DNA from: Octopus vulgaris
Taxonomy: Eukaryota
Direction of reading: 5' to 3'
Assembly (NCBI GenBank): GCA_951406725.2
Contig: OX597820.1
Location: forward strand, 87,420,001 to 87,484,000
DNA: 64,000 bases
This document shows, one piece after another, positions 49,380 to 61,232 of this stretch; positions within the stretch are counted from its first letter, which is position 1, and every line of letters begins with the position of its first letter. The translations under genes were made by a program, and so were the position numbers. The notes beneath the pieces were generated by a model. The model was not told the origin of the DNA and searched no databases. It worked only from the letters and a program-made list of their open reading frames with translations.

Positions 49380-49556
49380 TGGATTGAGTTGTCTCACCTG
49401 TCAATGACTTTCAGGTGTTTTAACACCCTCGCTTTGAAAGAGTCATCCCACCGTGTTACTTCGCAGGCTACAGGCAAATATGCAGAGCATACGTGTAATA
49501 GATAATGTTTACAAAAATTTCATATCTGAATAGTGATTGTCGGCGCCAACAATTAC

Positions 49557-50155
49557 GGCTGACACGGTTGAGTGAACACGTCTAGTGATTATCTCAAACG
49601 ACCAAGGCTCTCTCTCTCTCTCTCATTTTAATTTGACGAGTGATAGAGTAGGCAGGAATTACGTGTATGTAGTTCAGTGGCTGAATGCTTGTAATTTGTA
49701 TGTACATATGTAGGTATAAAATTTTGATATTCACTTAATTCGTGCGTTAGTTCCATACGAGAAAAAGTCTTGACTGTACCCACAGTCAACTGTGTACAGT
49801 CAATGTGTCAAATGACAGAATGAGTTTGTGCGTGAGTAGTTATTGGTGAATATACTTTGTTAATGTTTATTCAGTTTTGGTTTGTATTTTGGTACGAATA
49901 TATTTTCGCTGTTCATTCGTATTTGACCTGTGGTATTGACTGAACAAAGTTAAGGTGGGGAGACTTGGAACTTGGTGGGGAACTTTTTTGGCACATACGT
50001 CTAGGTTTCACTTAGTGAGATCTGTCAGGTACTGGATCCTCGTATTTGTTGACGATGAGTATTTAGTCTGTTTCTTCTACACTTGACAGATTAAATTCAG
50101 GTAGCTTTCAACGTTTGGGACTGACATCAGACTCGTTCACTCAACCGTATCAGCC
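49557..50155. mobile_element. MITE with ~21-bp TIRs
   Basis: ggctgacacggttgagtgaac / gttcactcaaccgtatcagcc. Duplicate at 62330-62937. TSD not evident. Confidence 0.7.
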
Positions 50156-50530
50156 TCAAGTTACAGAGCCAAAATATATTGACATGTAACGTTAACGCAC
50201 GGACATAGTGGGGAACTTACAAAAATTTCTAAGCCTAATTACATGATCATCCTTCACCAATCAAATTGTATCCTAAAGAGATATTAATTTGAGCCATGTT
50301 CTCTCTATAAAAACAAGAGAATTTTCGAACTCTCACCAGAAACAAGACAGTTGCAGCAGAGCCCCACGTCTTTCTATTTCAACGTTTGAAAATGAGAAAT
50401 CTGTGAAACCGGTTAAGCCTTTAAAAATAAACCACTTAAAAGACTCCCAGGGCATATTCTACTTCTTTTTTCTATTTTTCTACCGGTGTTGAATAAGATG
50501 TTGTTTAATATATATATATATATATATATA

Positions 50531-50854
50531 GGGTGAGGGCGCGTGGCTTAGTGGTTAGGGCATTCGGCTCATGATCGTAAGGTTGTGAGTTCGATTCCCG
50601 GCGACGCGTTGTGTCCTTGAGCAAGACACTTTATTTCACGTTGCTCCAGTCCACTCAGCTGGCAAAAATGAGTTGTACTTGTATTTCAAAGGGTCAGCCT
50701 TGTCACTCTCTGTGTCACGCTGATTATCCCCGAGAACTACGTTAAGGGTACACGTGTCTGTGGAATGCTCAGCCATTTGCACGTTAATTTCACGAGCAAG
50801 CTGTTCCGTTGATCGTATCAGCTGGGACCCTCGTCGTCGTAACCGGCGGAGTCT

Positions 50855-50860
<6 letters not shown>
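50531..50860 (+). mobile_element. Young tRNA-derived SINE, family C, inserted in (TA)n
   Basis: A box tggcttagtgg, B box gttcgattcc, then tgtgtccttgagcaagacacttt. Absent from the duplicate at ~63290-63315. Confidence 0.9.
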
Positions 50861-50905
<45 letters not shown>

Positions 50906-50909
<4 letters not shown>

Positions 50910-51227
50910 ATCCAAACATGAAAACACAAAGAGAAAACACAACAACGCTAGGACGTGGAACAAATATAGTATTATTGGACGCTCAGGAAGGAAGGGAAGA
51001 AGGAGGGTTTAACGTTTCGAGCGGAGCTCTTCATCAGAAACATAAGAAAAGGAAAGATCCAGAGAAGGGAAGACGGAGGAAAAAAAATCGCCAACGGTAC
51101 ACACGCGGTCACGGGACAAGAACGCAAAACATCCAGAGAGTTAGGTGATACAAAAAAGGGGACAACAAAACATCCAGACAGACGATACATAGAGAACAAG
51201 GATGAGTCATTCGGAGTTTTCTATCCT
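50906..51227 (-). mobile_element. Short Penelope-like element with minimal hammerhead (51007-51041)
   Basis: Minus strand GUUU-CUGAUGA-A-GAGC(UCC)GCUC-GAAA-CGUU-AAAC. Lies between (TA)n and (TACA)n. Confidence 0.72.
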
Positions 51228-51258
<31 letters not shown>

Positions 51259-51585
51259 CATACATACATACATACATACATACATGAGTGACGTAGAAAC
51301 TTTACAGTTATAAAAATAGAATGAGAGAGAGGGACTCTGATATGGAGACAGCCACATTAATCAAAGTGCTTTTAATTATACTTACAAGCAATAACCATAG
51401 GCTGAGTAAAAAACTTAATAAGGAAAGTAAAGTTATAAGCCACTCCTCATAAATTTATATCTTCATACGTTCATATATCCACTCACAGACACTCGAGCAT
51501 ATTTACGTTTATGATGCACAGGTGTGTTCAAATGCATTTGTGCGCATGTATGAATATAGACGGATATTTAAAATGTAGATGTAGA

Positions 51586-51898
51586 CTAGCAGCATAGCCC
51601 GGCGTTTCCCGGGTATGTAAGAGCCCCTAGTAGGCAACGACTAATCCCAATCTAGTCCTTTCCCTCTAGGGAACGAAGGCGCATGTGTAGGTTGCAATGT
51701 CTTCTCTTCATGTCGAATTTATCAATTTTTTTCAGAACTGGGAGAACTTTTCAAAGTTTTCGCTGCGTTAGTTTTGAATTATGACATTGGGCTATGTGTG
51801 TGTCAAGTTTCATCAGAATCGGTTGAAAGCCGTGGTCAGGGTGAGGGTACAACCTGACAGACACACAGACAGACAAACTGCCGTTTATATATAGAGAG

Positions 51899-51899
<1 letters not shown>
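51586..51899 (-). mobile_element. Non-autonomous Helitron
   Basis: TC start, cccgggaaacgccggg hairpin, CTAG end. Empty site gtaga|t at ~63987. Confidence 0.88.
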
Positions 51900-51949
<50 letters not shown>

Positions 51950-52196
51950 GAATTTCAAAATATGTAGTTGTTTACTCTCTATAACATATGTAGTACATTC
52001 TTAACCCAAATAGCTGAGATAAACACTACGTTGGGCAAATGATTTTCGTAGACGCTAGACAAGTCTTTACAGACCGAATATATGCTTCAAAAGATTTCGA
52101 TTGTAATGGACTATGAAATAAACACACCAACATAGATTGTCAAACGATGGTAGTGGGGTCAAACACACAGATATATATATATATAGCATTCAAAAT

Positions 52197-52404
52197 GTGA
52201 CCGCGAGTGTACCGTTGGCGATTTTATTTCCTACGTCTTCCCTTCCTTGGATCTATCCTTTTCCTATGTTTCTGACGAAGAGCTCCGCTCGAAACGTTAA
52301 ATCCTCCTTCTTTCTTTCCTTGCCTGAGCGTCCAATAATACTATACTTGTTCCACGTCCTCGCGTTGTTGTGTTTTCTCTTTGTGTTTTCATGTTTGGAT
52401 TAAC
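52197..52404 (+). mobile_element. Short Penelope-like element with minimal hammerhead (52268-52302)
   Basis: Reverse-complement homolog of 50906-51112. GUUU-CUGACGA-A-GAGC(UCC)GCUC-GAAA-CGUU-AAAU. Ends at a TA tract inside a degenerate SINE A. Confidence 0.7.
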
Positions 52405-52599
52405 TATATATATATATGTGTGTGTGTGATGGGCTTCTTTCAGTTTCCGCCTACCAAATCCACTCACAAGGCTTTGGTTGTCTGAGGCTATATAGTAAAA
52501 GACACTTGCCTAAGGTGTCACACAATGAGACAGTACCGGGAACCTTGTGGTTGGGAAACAAGTATCTTACCACACAACCGTGCCTGCGCCTTACCAACC

Positions 52600-53320
52600 C
52601 AAAACCGAGGAGAACACAAACATGAGCGAACAAAGAGAAAAAAAAGGGAAGAAAAGGGGAAGAAAGAAGAGAAAGAAAAATAGCATGAATTCAACACCAG
52701 GTCCTTCAGTTGATCGCATCCCACAAAGTTCAACGGAATTTTGTGGAATGTGATCATCTGCAACTATTAACGTTACAAAAACAAGTTTTAAATTGTTTGT
52801 ATAATCGTTTTAATTTATTTATTTACTTCTATTTATTAAAGTTCCAAATTATAGAGTTATCAGCTAAACTATCATTGGCTCCTTGTTGAACGAGAAATAA
52901 CTCAGCAGTGATTTAATATCCAAGGCGCTTACAGTTACTTCCCTTAGATAATTCTGTCCCGGTGTTAATTTTGATAGATAACCGCCAACCATTCACGTAC
53001 AACTGCAAAGACAACGAAGCGCCAGAATAAATGAGTTTCAGTATTTAATTGAATCTCTTGACAGTTTAAATTAAAACACCATTGGAGATTACTTTATCTT
53101 TTATCGTTATGGGTTATAATAATTACCCTAGTCTCAAGTATTAGGATCAAGATCTGGACTTCGGCTCAGCATAGTAACTGCTTGTGTAATCAAGTAAGGC
53201 TGTCGCCTAGCAGCTAAGCTAAACATATCCAACACTTACATCTACTTCTGTGCCACCCAGATATCTTCCTTAGTTACAAGAAATCATGCAATCTCGGAGT
53301 AGCTTTATAGAATTTTTGGT
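52600..53320 (+). repeat. Older paralogous block of 22930-23720 and 37445-38250
   Basis: Shared tcatctgcaactattaa..cagttacttcccttagataatt..gtaatcaagtaaggctgtcgcctagcagctaa. Confidence 0.88.
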
Positions 53321-54157
53321 AAAATTACAAGTACCCCAATCAATACCCCACTTCATTGCACACACACACACCCATACATCCTGATGCCACTTTTCTTTTT
53401 TGCTACTCATAACCATCTCACATGTTAGCCATTCTTCATCGATTAATATTGTTCTTTGCACCCCCATGTTACAGTAACCATCTCCCACTCCCCAAACCAC
53501 CAAACTATCTCTCCTCATGCAGATGTTGTCCACATCCCTCTCCCACTTACCCAATCTCTCCTCCTAAACACTCTTTCATGCATCCACTCTGCCCACATAC
53601 CATTACCCATGCTACATGACATACCACCTGGACACCTCACCACCACTGTCTATCTTCTTGAAGATAACAAATTCATTCTCACTTCCTCTCCTAAATGTAG
53701 TCATATAGTTCCTCTATGAGAACCAGCACTACCCCCAAGCTCTTCCCTCAAACCCTAATCCCTACCTAAAATATGAATGCAACATCCTCCCTTCCTGGGT
53801 TTGTTGACTTGCAAGCTACATGGCAATCTCAATAGTGCTAGTGGCATGTAAAAAGCACCCAGTACACACTGTAAAATGGATGGCATTAATAAGGGCATCC
53901 AGCAGTAGAAACTTATGCCAAAACAGAAAATGGAGCATGATGCCATCCATCCATCCAGCCCATGCAAGCATGAAATATAGACATTAAATGATGATGATGA
54001 TGATGATATATATATATATACACATATATATATACACACTGGCCTGCTCACTTAGCCAGCGGGGTGGTGTCATTTGAAGGCTAAAACAATGCGAAACGCA
54101 TTGTGATCAGCGATGTGTAACAACATCTGATAGCCTAGTCAGTCACGTGATCACATG

Positions 54158-54193
<36 letters not shown>

Positions 54194-54201
<8 letters not shown>

Positions 54202-54735
54202 GCATGGCTGTGTGGTAAGAAGAAGTTTGCTTCCCAACCACATGGTTCCAGGTTCAGTCCCACTTGGGTAAGTGTCCTCTATTATAGCTTCAGACCGACC
54301 AAAGCCTTGTGAGTAGATTTGGTAGACAAAAACTGAAAGAAGCCTTGTATATACATATGTATATGTGTGTGCGTGTGTGTGCCTTTGTGTATGTGTTTGT
54401 TCCCCACAACTGCTTGACAACTGGTGTTGGTGTGTTTACATCCACGTAACTTAGCAGTTTGGCAAAAGAGACTGATAGAATAAGTACCAGGCTTTAAAAA
54501 AAAATAAGTGTTGGGGTTGATTCATTCAACTAAAATTTTTTTAAGCAGTGCCCCAGCATGGCTGCAGTCAAATGACTGAAACAGGTAAATCATCATCATC
54601 ATCATCATTTAGCGTCCGTTTTCCATGCTAGCATGGGTTGGACGGTTCAACTGGAATCTGGGAAACCAGAAGGCTGCATCAGGCCCAGTCTGATCTGGCA
54701 GTGTTTCTACGGCTGTATGCCCTTCCTAACGCCAA
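54194..54735. mobile_element. SINE family A (plus, 54194-54590) followed by an RTE tail fragment (minus, 54590-54735)
   Basis: Same motifs as the other copies. Confidence 0.85.
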
Positions 54736-56090
54736 ATGATAAATAAAAAAGATGATATATATATATCCCACCCATTTGTCATTTTCACCCTTAGAAATGC
54801 TGTGAACAGATGATTGAACCATTAGAAACTTAAAACCAATTACACTAATTGTGATTTATAATTGATATCATAAGAGAGATAATAAATAAATGTTATAATA
54901 CAAGGAAGGGACAGAACAATTGACAAATTCAATTTCTAACTTGTTTATAACAAAATTTCATGATGGTGGTGATGAATTTTTTTCTTTCTGCATAACAGTA
55001 TCAGTTACCAAAATGTCACCAAATTGTTTTGCTCATATTTTCTCCTCCAAATTTTGGCAACAGAAAGATGCAAAAATGTCCCCTATTCTTCCCTTCAAAA
55101 TCAAATCAGGCAATGTAAATATTCCATATAATTATCTTTTGTAAATTCCTGATAACACTCATATTTCTATTGTGAAACATTTCCAGACTGTAAAAGCAGC
55201 TTCAGGATGTAGAAGTACCTCCAGGTTATAGAAGTACCTAAAGAGAGTAATTAATTTACTGCTGTACCAGACTTTAGTCATTCATTGTACCCAAAACAGA
55301 TAGATCTGAATATATATATATTTGCTTTTCTACTGCACTAAACAAGGTATAGTGACACTATGACCTTAACAAAGAAGGAAATATTTTCCACGTGATTTGA
55401 TGTCAGTACTTTATATAGATGTAGTTATGATTGAAGGTTTCAGGCATATCAGCTTTGTTAATAGCATGCCATTTAGACTCAAGCACTCTAGAATAATGGA
55501 GATACAATTGTAGAGGCAAGCATACTCACATCTATGTGGCGTGCAGGAATTTCTGAGTGGCATACTTAAAGGAAAATTATCTGGAATTTTTTCAGTAGTT
55601 TGGCCTACTCAGTAATGAGCTGCATCTCATGTAATCCATTTATCAAAATTATTGCCCATGCCTGTTTTAAATTATTACTTACTCTGCTAGAAATAGCAGG
55701 GAAATATCAACCAGAAAATCAGTCACAAAAAAAAAAAAAAATTGATACAATTAACGATGTAAACCTAGATATATTATGTCAGTTAAAAACAAGCTGGAAA
55801 ACGTTTTGATCACTGGTCTACTCATTCATCAAGGTGACTAGAGCTAAACAATAATAATGATTAATATACAGCTAATAGAGAAGCAAATAATACTGATTTA
55901 GAAATTTACATAACAAATTTTAGATATTTCTCAAAAATTTATTTACTACTTTGATTACATTAATTTGAGGCAAAAAAAGACAAAAAATATAAAGCTATAT
56001 TTAAAAAGTAATTCATAAAATATAGGCTTGCTTTAAAAATGTGATTTATGGTATTGATATTTCATTAATGAATCCTTCAGGCTACTTGTT

Positions 56091-56753
56091 CTAATGTTTT
56101 TTTATAAATTTTTCAAAAACTGGGATCAATTTCTCTACCCCAGCAAGAGTAGGTTTCACACTCTCCCTGTTAAGACAAGCAGTGAGCCATTTCTGGAACC
56201 GAGGATACCAATCAATATCAGATGGTATTTCAAAACTTTTAATATGTTTCAAAACTGGCAATCTTTGCATCCATGGAATCAGCATCATATCAACAAATGA
56301 AAATGAGTCTCCCATGAAGAAATTTCCAGTTGGAGACATGGCTTTCACAAAACTTCCAATATTTTCAACAAAAGATTTCTGTGTTTCACCAAGATTTTCA
56401 GGATCTGATCTCAGAATAGAATAAAATAATGGAATTATTTTACTTGTAGCATAATCACCCCAGATACGAACTTGAGCCTTATCATAAGGTTGTTCCATCA
56501 TAATTTTGGGTTTTTGTGGCCAAGCTTCATCAATATATTCTACACACACAGCAGATTCACAAATAATTTTATCATCATGTATCAGCACTGGTACCAAACC
56601 TCTTGGATTCAGTTTTAAAAATTCTTCGGTCTTGTTATAAGGATCAATTTCTTCATATTTAAAAGGAATTCCTTTCTCCAAGAGAGCAATCCAGAGTCGT
56701 TGAGCAAATGGACAGTACCAGGCACTTGCAAACCTGAGTGATGAATCAGACAT
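56091..56753 (-). CDS. GSTO: Glutathione S-transferase, omega-like Cys-GST, copy 4 (220 aa, most divergent)
   Basis: WYCPFAQR, NPRGLVPVL, ICESAV, FFMGDSFSFVD. Distinct N- and C-termini. Acceptor AG at 56768-56769, 14 nt before ATG. Confidence 0.95.
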   Translation of the reverse strand: MSDSSLRFASAWYCPFAQRLWIALLEKGIPFKYEEIDPYNKTEEFLKLNPRGLVPVLIHDDKIICESAVCVEYIDEAWPQKPKIMMEQPYDKAQVRIWGDYATSKIIPLFYSILRSDPENLGETQKSFVENIGSFVKAMSPTGNFFMGDSFSFVDMMLIPWMQRLPVLKHIKSFEIPSDIDWYPRFQKWLTACLNRESVKPTLAGVEKLIPVFEKFIKKH

Positions 56754-56964
56754 TTTTAAAAAGAAACCTAAAAAAAAGAAAAAGAAAAATATTCACAGAA
56801 CACTGAACATTCAGAATATATATTAATTCTTAATTACTATAAATTACCAAAATAATTATAGTTTATGAATCTTACACCAATGTCTGTCTTCTTTGGCATT
56901 AATCAGGAACTTTTTTATACTTTATCTCTTTACACTGCATATTTCTGCTTCTTGAATTTATCTT

Positions 56965-57350
56965 TTATCTTTTACTTGTTTCAGTCATTAGACTATTGCC
57001 AAGCTGGAGCACAACCTTGAAGGATTTTTTGTTGAATAAATCAAACCCAGTATTTATTTCTTTTATTTTAAGACTGGTATTTATTCTATCTGTCTCTGGC
57101 CAAATTGCTAATTTACGAGGACATAAACACACCAACACCAGTTATCAAGTGGTGATGGGGGACAAACACAAAGTCACATATACATACAATGGGCTTCCTT
57201 CAGTTTCCATCTACCAAATCCACACACAAGGCTTTACTCAAACTAAGGCGATATAGAAGACACTTGCCCAAGGTGCCACACAGTGGCACTGAACCCAGAA
57301 CCATGTGGTTAGAAAGTAAGCTTCTTACTGCACAGCCATGCCTGCACCTA
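56965..57350 (-). mobile_element. SINE family A, degenerate
   Basis: Head caggcatggctgtg..gggttcagtgcc and tail atgactgaaacaagtaaaaga on the minus strand. Confidence 0.85.
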
Positions 57351-57679
57351 TAAATAAATTTTCTAATAATTTCTAAAATACAAAAGGAAAGATATGAGAC
57401 AAATAATAATCTGATAAACTAAATGCTTTGCTTTGCAAGATTTAGTTTTAACCTGCTTAGTCTAGAATTCAAATCCTACAGTTTCCTTTTGTTTGAAATG
57501 TCAGTAAAAAAATAACCATATAAGTATTCACTAGACAATTTACTCTCTATACTAATTTGTGGCCTTCGACCTACACAAAAATATCAATAAGATATAACCA
57601 TACTGATTCTTAATTCTGAAGACTTTTTCAGTAGATTCTAAATTTCACTAATAAAAGTGTACAATGATGAGATCAATCA

Positions 57680-58140
57680 TATTGGTTTCAAATTTTGACA
57701 TGAGATCAGCAATATCGGGAAGCAGATAAGTTGATTACATCAACCCCAGTGCTCAACTGGTACTTATTTCATTGACCCTGGAAGGATAAAAGGCAAAACT
57801 GACTCTAGCAGAATTTGAACTCAGAATGTAAAGCCAGATGAAATGTCACTAAGCATTTTGCCAGCATGCTAACAATCCTGCCAACTCACTGCCAATCATA
57901 TCAACTTCACAAGATCAATCATATTCTTCTCATGAGGAAAGGCAGCAAGCTGGCAGAAATGTTAGCACGCCAGGCGAAATGCTTAGCAGTATTTCATCTG
58001 TCTTTATGTTCTGAGTTCAAATTCTACCAAGGTCAACTTTGCCTTTCATCCTTTTGGAGTCGAAAAATTAAGTATCAGTTGCATAGTAGGGTCACTCTAA
58101 TCTACTGGCCCCTTCCCCCAAAATTTCAGGCCTTGTGTCT
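57680..58140. mobile_element. Two divergently oriented SINE family B copies
   Basis: Minus copy at 57680-57892, plus copy at 57940-58140. Confidence 0.82.
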
Positions 58141-58585
58141 AATGGTGAATCATCTTGTAGGGATAGTTTCTGAGATCTTCCTTCAGCACTCAGTACATTG
58201 ATGATCAACTTAACTTTGCTGTGGCAGCCAGTTTTCTGACAGAACAATGAGGATTTCACCATATCTTTTCTCTGGTACTTTTGATAAGCTGAGGGATCCA
58301 TGAGTCTCTTGAAATTTCTTGACAATTTTCCAAACTGTTGTTCGATTAATTTTAAGCTTTTGCTATAGCTGTATTACTTTTGCCTCCTTTGTGGAGGGTT
58401 ATGATTGTATATCGGCCTACAGCCATTATTTAATTGATAAATCTGAATTTATTTAGTCTGAAACAAAACGACACACTAAGCTTTTATAATGATGTATAAT
58501 TTTCATATCTTATCACATTTATTCATAGTTATTAAAGCCCGAAACATCAGCTGTCTTAATATTTGAACACCCAGTATATATTCTT

Positions 58586-58624
<39 letters not shown>

Positions 58625-58884
58625 TATAAAATCATCATCTTTTAACGTCCATTTTTCATGCTTGCAAGGGTCAGACAAATGAAGTCTGTCTGGTTTGTGA
58701 TAAGAATATTTTGACAAAGCTCTATTGTTCATGAAGACAACGCCCAGTATATATAGTTTACCTTCGTTTCACGATTCATTAAAATTATCCAACTGTAATA
58801 CTTTATGTAATAACACAAAGACAATGTTATATATTATATTTAACCATTATCGAAATCACAGATGCATAAAGTCATGCAATAAAA

Positions 58885-58976
58885 TAAGTACAAACCTTTT
58901 GCACAGCAACTTGTGACCGTGTAATGACTATAAGTACAAACCTTTTGTGCAGCAACTTGTGACCGTGTAATGACTA
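58885..58976 (+). repeat. ~45-bp tandem duplication
   Basis: taagtacaaaccttttgYRcagcaacttgtgaccgtgtaatgacta occurs twice. Confidence 0.9.
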
Positions 58977-59127
58977 CAAGTTAAACAAGTTTCTCAAGTT
59001 ATGCACCCTTGTGTCTTTAATAAATCTGAATTTGCGTAGGTGTTTTTATAACTTTATGTGTGCGTGAGTTTATATACACGCGGCGAGCACATGTATATAA
59101 CTGTGATAACTAACTGAAATTTAAAAT

Positions 59128-59156
59128 AGATAGAATGATAGATAGATAGATAGAAT

Positions 59157-59194
<38 letters not shown>
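59128..59194. repeat. (GATA)n microsatellite
   Basis: Read directly from the sequence. Confidence 0.95.
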
Positions 59195-60848
59195 GCTGTT
59201 GAATACCGGGTGAATAGTTATTTTAGGTATTCATTTAAAATGAGGTGACTAAAAATGATAGCTAAGATTTAAAAAAAAGAAAAGTGGAGAGAAAGAGGAA
59301 TATCTGAAAATTCGTTAGGTTGAAGTATTTTATTATCAGAATCGTTAGCACAACAAATGCTTAGCGACATTTATTCCGGGTTTTGTGTTACGAGTCCAAT
59401 TTCCCCCTGAGCTCGACTTTGCCTTCCATCCTTTTGGAGTCGATAAAATAAGTACCGGTTGTGCATTGGAGTCGATGTAATCGACTAGCTTCCCTTCAAT
59501 TTCTTGTGTCTATAGTAGAAGGAAAAACAAATTATGGAGCCCACTCATATGGAATCCTGTCCAACATAATAGAATAAGCAGTCAAATACGATATTTTTTC
59601 GTTTATTGACCATTACATAAAGTGGAAATATTAATACTATTCAGTGTTGACGAGTAGGCTGCCTGCCCCCCGCTTTTTTTCATTTTACTCCTCAAAAAAT
59701 TTCTTTGAATTCTTGATGTTTTCAGCAACGGAGATTGCGATTTCCACCGCCACAATGCTTTTGCTTTTAACTTTCTTTGATTTCTTTTATTTAATTCTAC
59801 GCTTAAAAATACGGAGATTATGAATCAGATTTTTTTTCTTTCTATTTTGTTTAATTCTAATTTTCCATTATTTTGTTATAAACATGAAAGAAATTATTGA
59901 CAAGTTTACAAAAGGATCTCAGCATGGTCACCCAATCAGCAAGAAATAGTAATTGGACTTCACCCATTCTAGAGATCTCAGACTAAATAGAAGGAATAGA
60001 CAAATGTCCTTCAAGCGGCTGTCACCCCAACGTCTTAAATAAATGGATACATTCAGTAACATTCTCCAAGGTACACTATGATTACTGGGAGACAGTCGAA
60101 ATGTTCATAGCTGTAACGTCATTAATTGTAGACCTTCTGGATCAGGTCTGTCTTGGTGTTAAACAATAACATATTCTATTTCTCCACTACCTAATTTAGA
60201 AAATTCTTATTCCTACCAAAACACGATATCGCGGTTTCTTATTATATTCTATGAAGTTACGTTCTTTTACCAGTCAGCCAAAGCATCGAAGTTCTAAAGA
60301 ATAGCCCAGTGAGTTTTAACAAACCTGATCGAGTCGAGCTAAAAAAAAGTTTCAGTAATAAGAATTGCGTTAGGGTTAATAAGAAAGAAAGCGTCAATAA
60401 AATTAGTCCTTTAGGAAAGGGGTGACAACTCCCAAATATGACGACAGCAGAGCAAAGTTGGCGAACTGGCAAGTCGGGCAAAGTGCTCAGCAGCATTTCA
60501 TCCAGCTTTGCGTTTTAAGTTCAAATTTCGCCGAGGTCGACTTTGCTTTCATCTTTTCGGGATCAATAAAATAAGTATTGGTTGAATACTGGGATCGATG
60601 TAAACGAATTACTCTCTCCACCAAAATGCTGGCCTTATACCAAATTTTGAAATTAATATTTATTAGTTTAATCTGATCTTTAGCAAGCATAATAATAATA
60701 ATTCCAGACATGCTTGGATGATGTTCTTATGTAATTTCTTTTAAAGAATTCCCTGTTCATTTGTAGAAGACTGTGAAAGTGTCAAATTATTGTCAAATAC
60801 TCTGTTTATTGGTAGTGTTATGTCACTTTGTAGTTAGATTGATCATCA

Positions 60849-61232
60849 TCTCTCTCTATATAAACGGCAGTTTGTCTGTGCGTGTTTCTGTGTGTCTGTT
60901 TGCTTGTACCCTCACCCTGACCACGGCTTTCAACCGATTCTGATGAAACTTGACACACACATAGTCCAATGTCATAATTCAAAACTAACGCAGCGAAAAT
61001 TTTGAAAAGTTCCCCCAGTTCTGAACAATATCGAGAAATTCGACATGGGCTCGAGAATCAGAAACACAAACCGCAAACTATCTAGGGGACGCAACTCCAC
61101 CTTTTTTACTCTCAAAAAAAATTTACCATAATTTTTTCCCATTTTTTTTGCTATTTTGGGGCTATAACTCTCTAAAAATGCTTTATAGTTATTTCCCTTA
61201 CAAACCTGAGCAACGCCGGGCGATACTGCTAG
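60849..61232 (+). mobile_element. Non-autonomous Helitron with mosaic ends
   Basis: A|TC...cctgagcaacgccgggcgatactgCTAG|T. The 5' part matches 51586-51899 and the 3' part matches 46533-46932. Confidence 0.88.

Larger units (their letters stand above)
48880..51585 (+). repeat. Dispersed direct duplication, partner 61498-63986
   Basis: Colinear from tcctttgcaggtgtcatt to aaatgtagatgtaga. Differs by a SINE (first copy) and a CR1 tail (second copy). Confidence 0.95.

Noticed and set aside
50538-50610. tRNA gene
   Set aside because: A and B boxes are present, but the sequence continues into a SINE body and is a polymorphic insertion relative to the duplicate.
58860-58980. Antioxidant response elements (TGACnnnGC) upstream of GST copy 4
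   Set aside because: TGAC words are present, but none I checked has GC at the required spacing.
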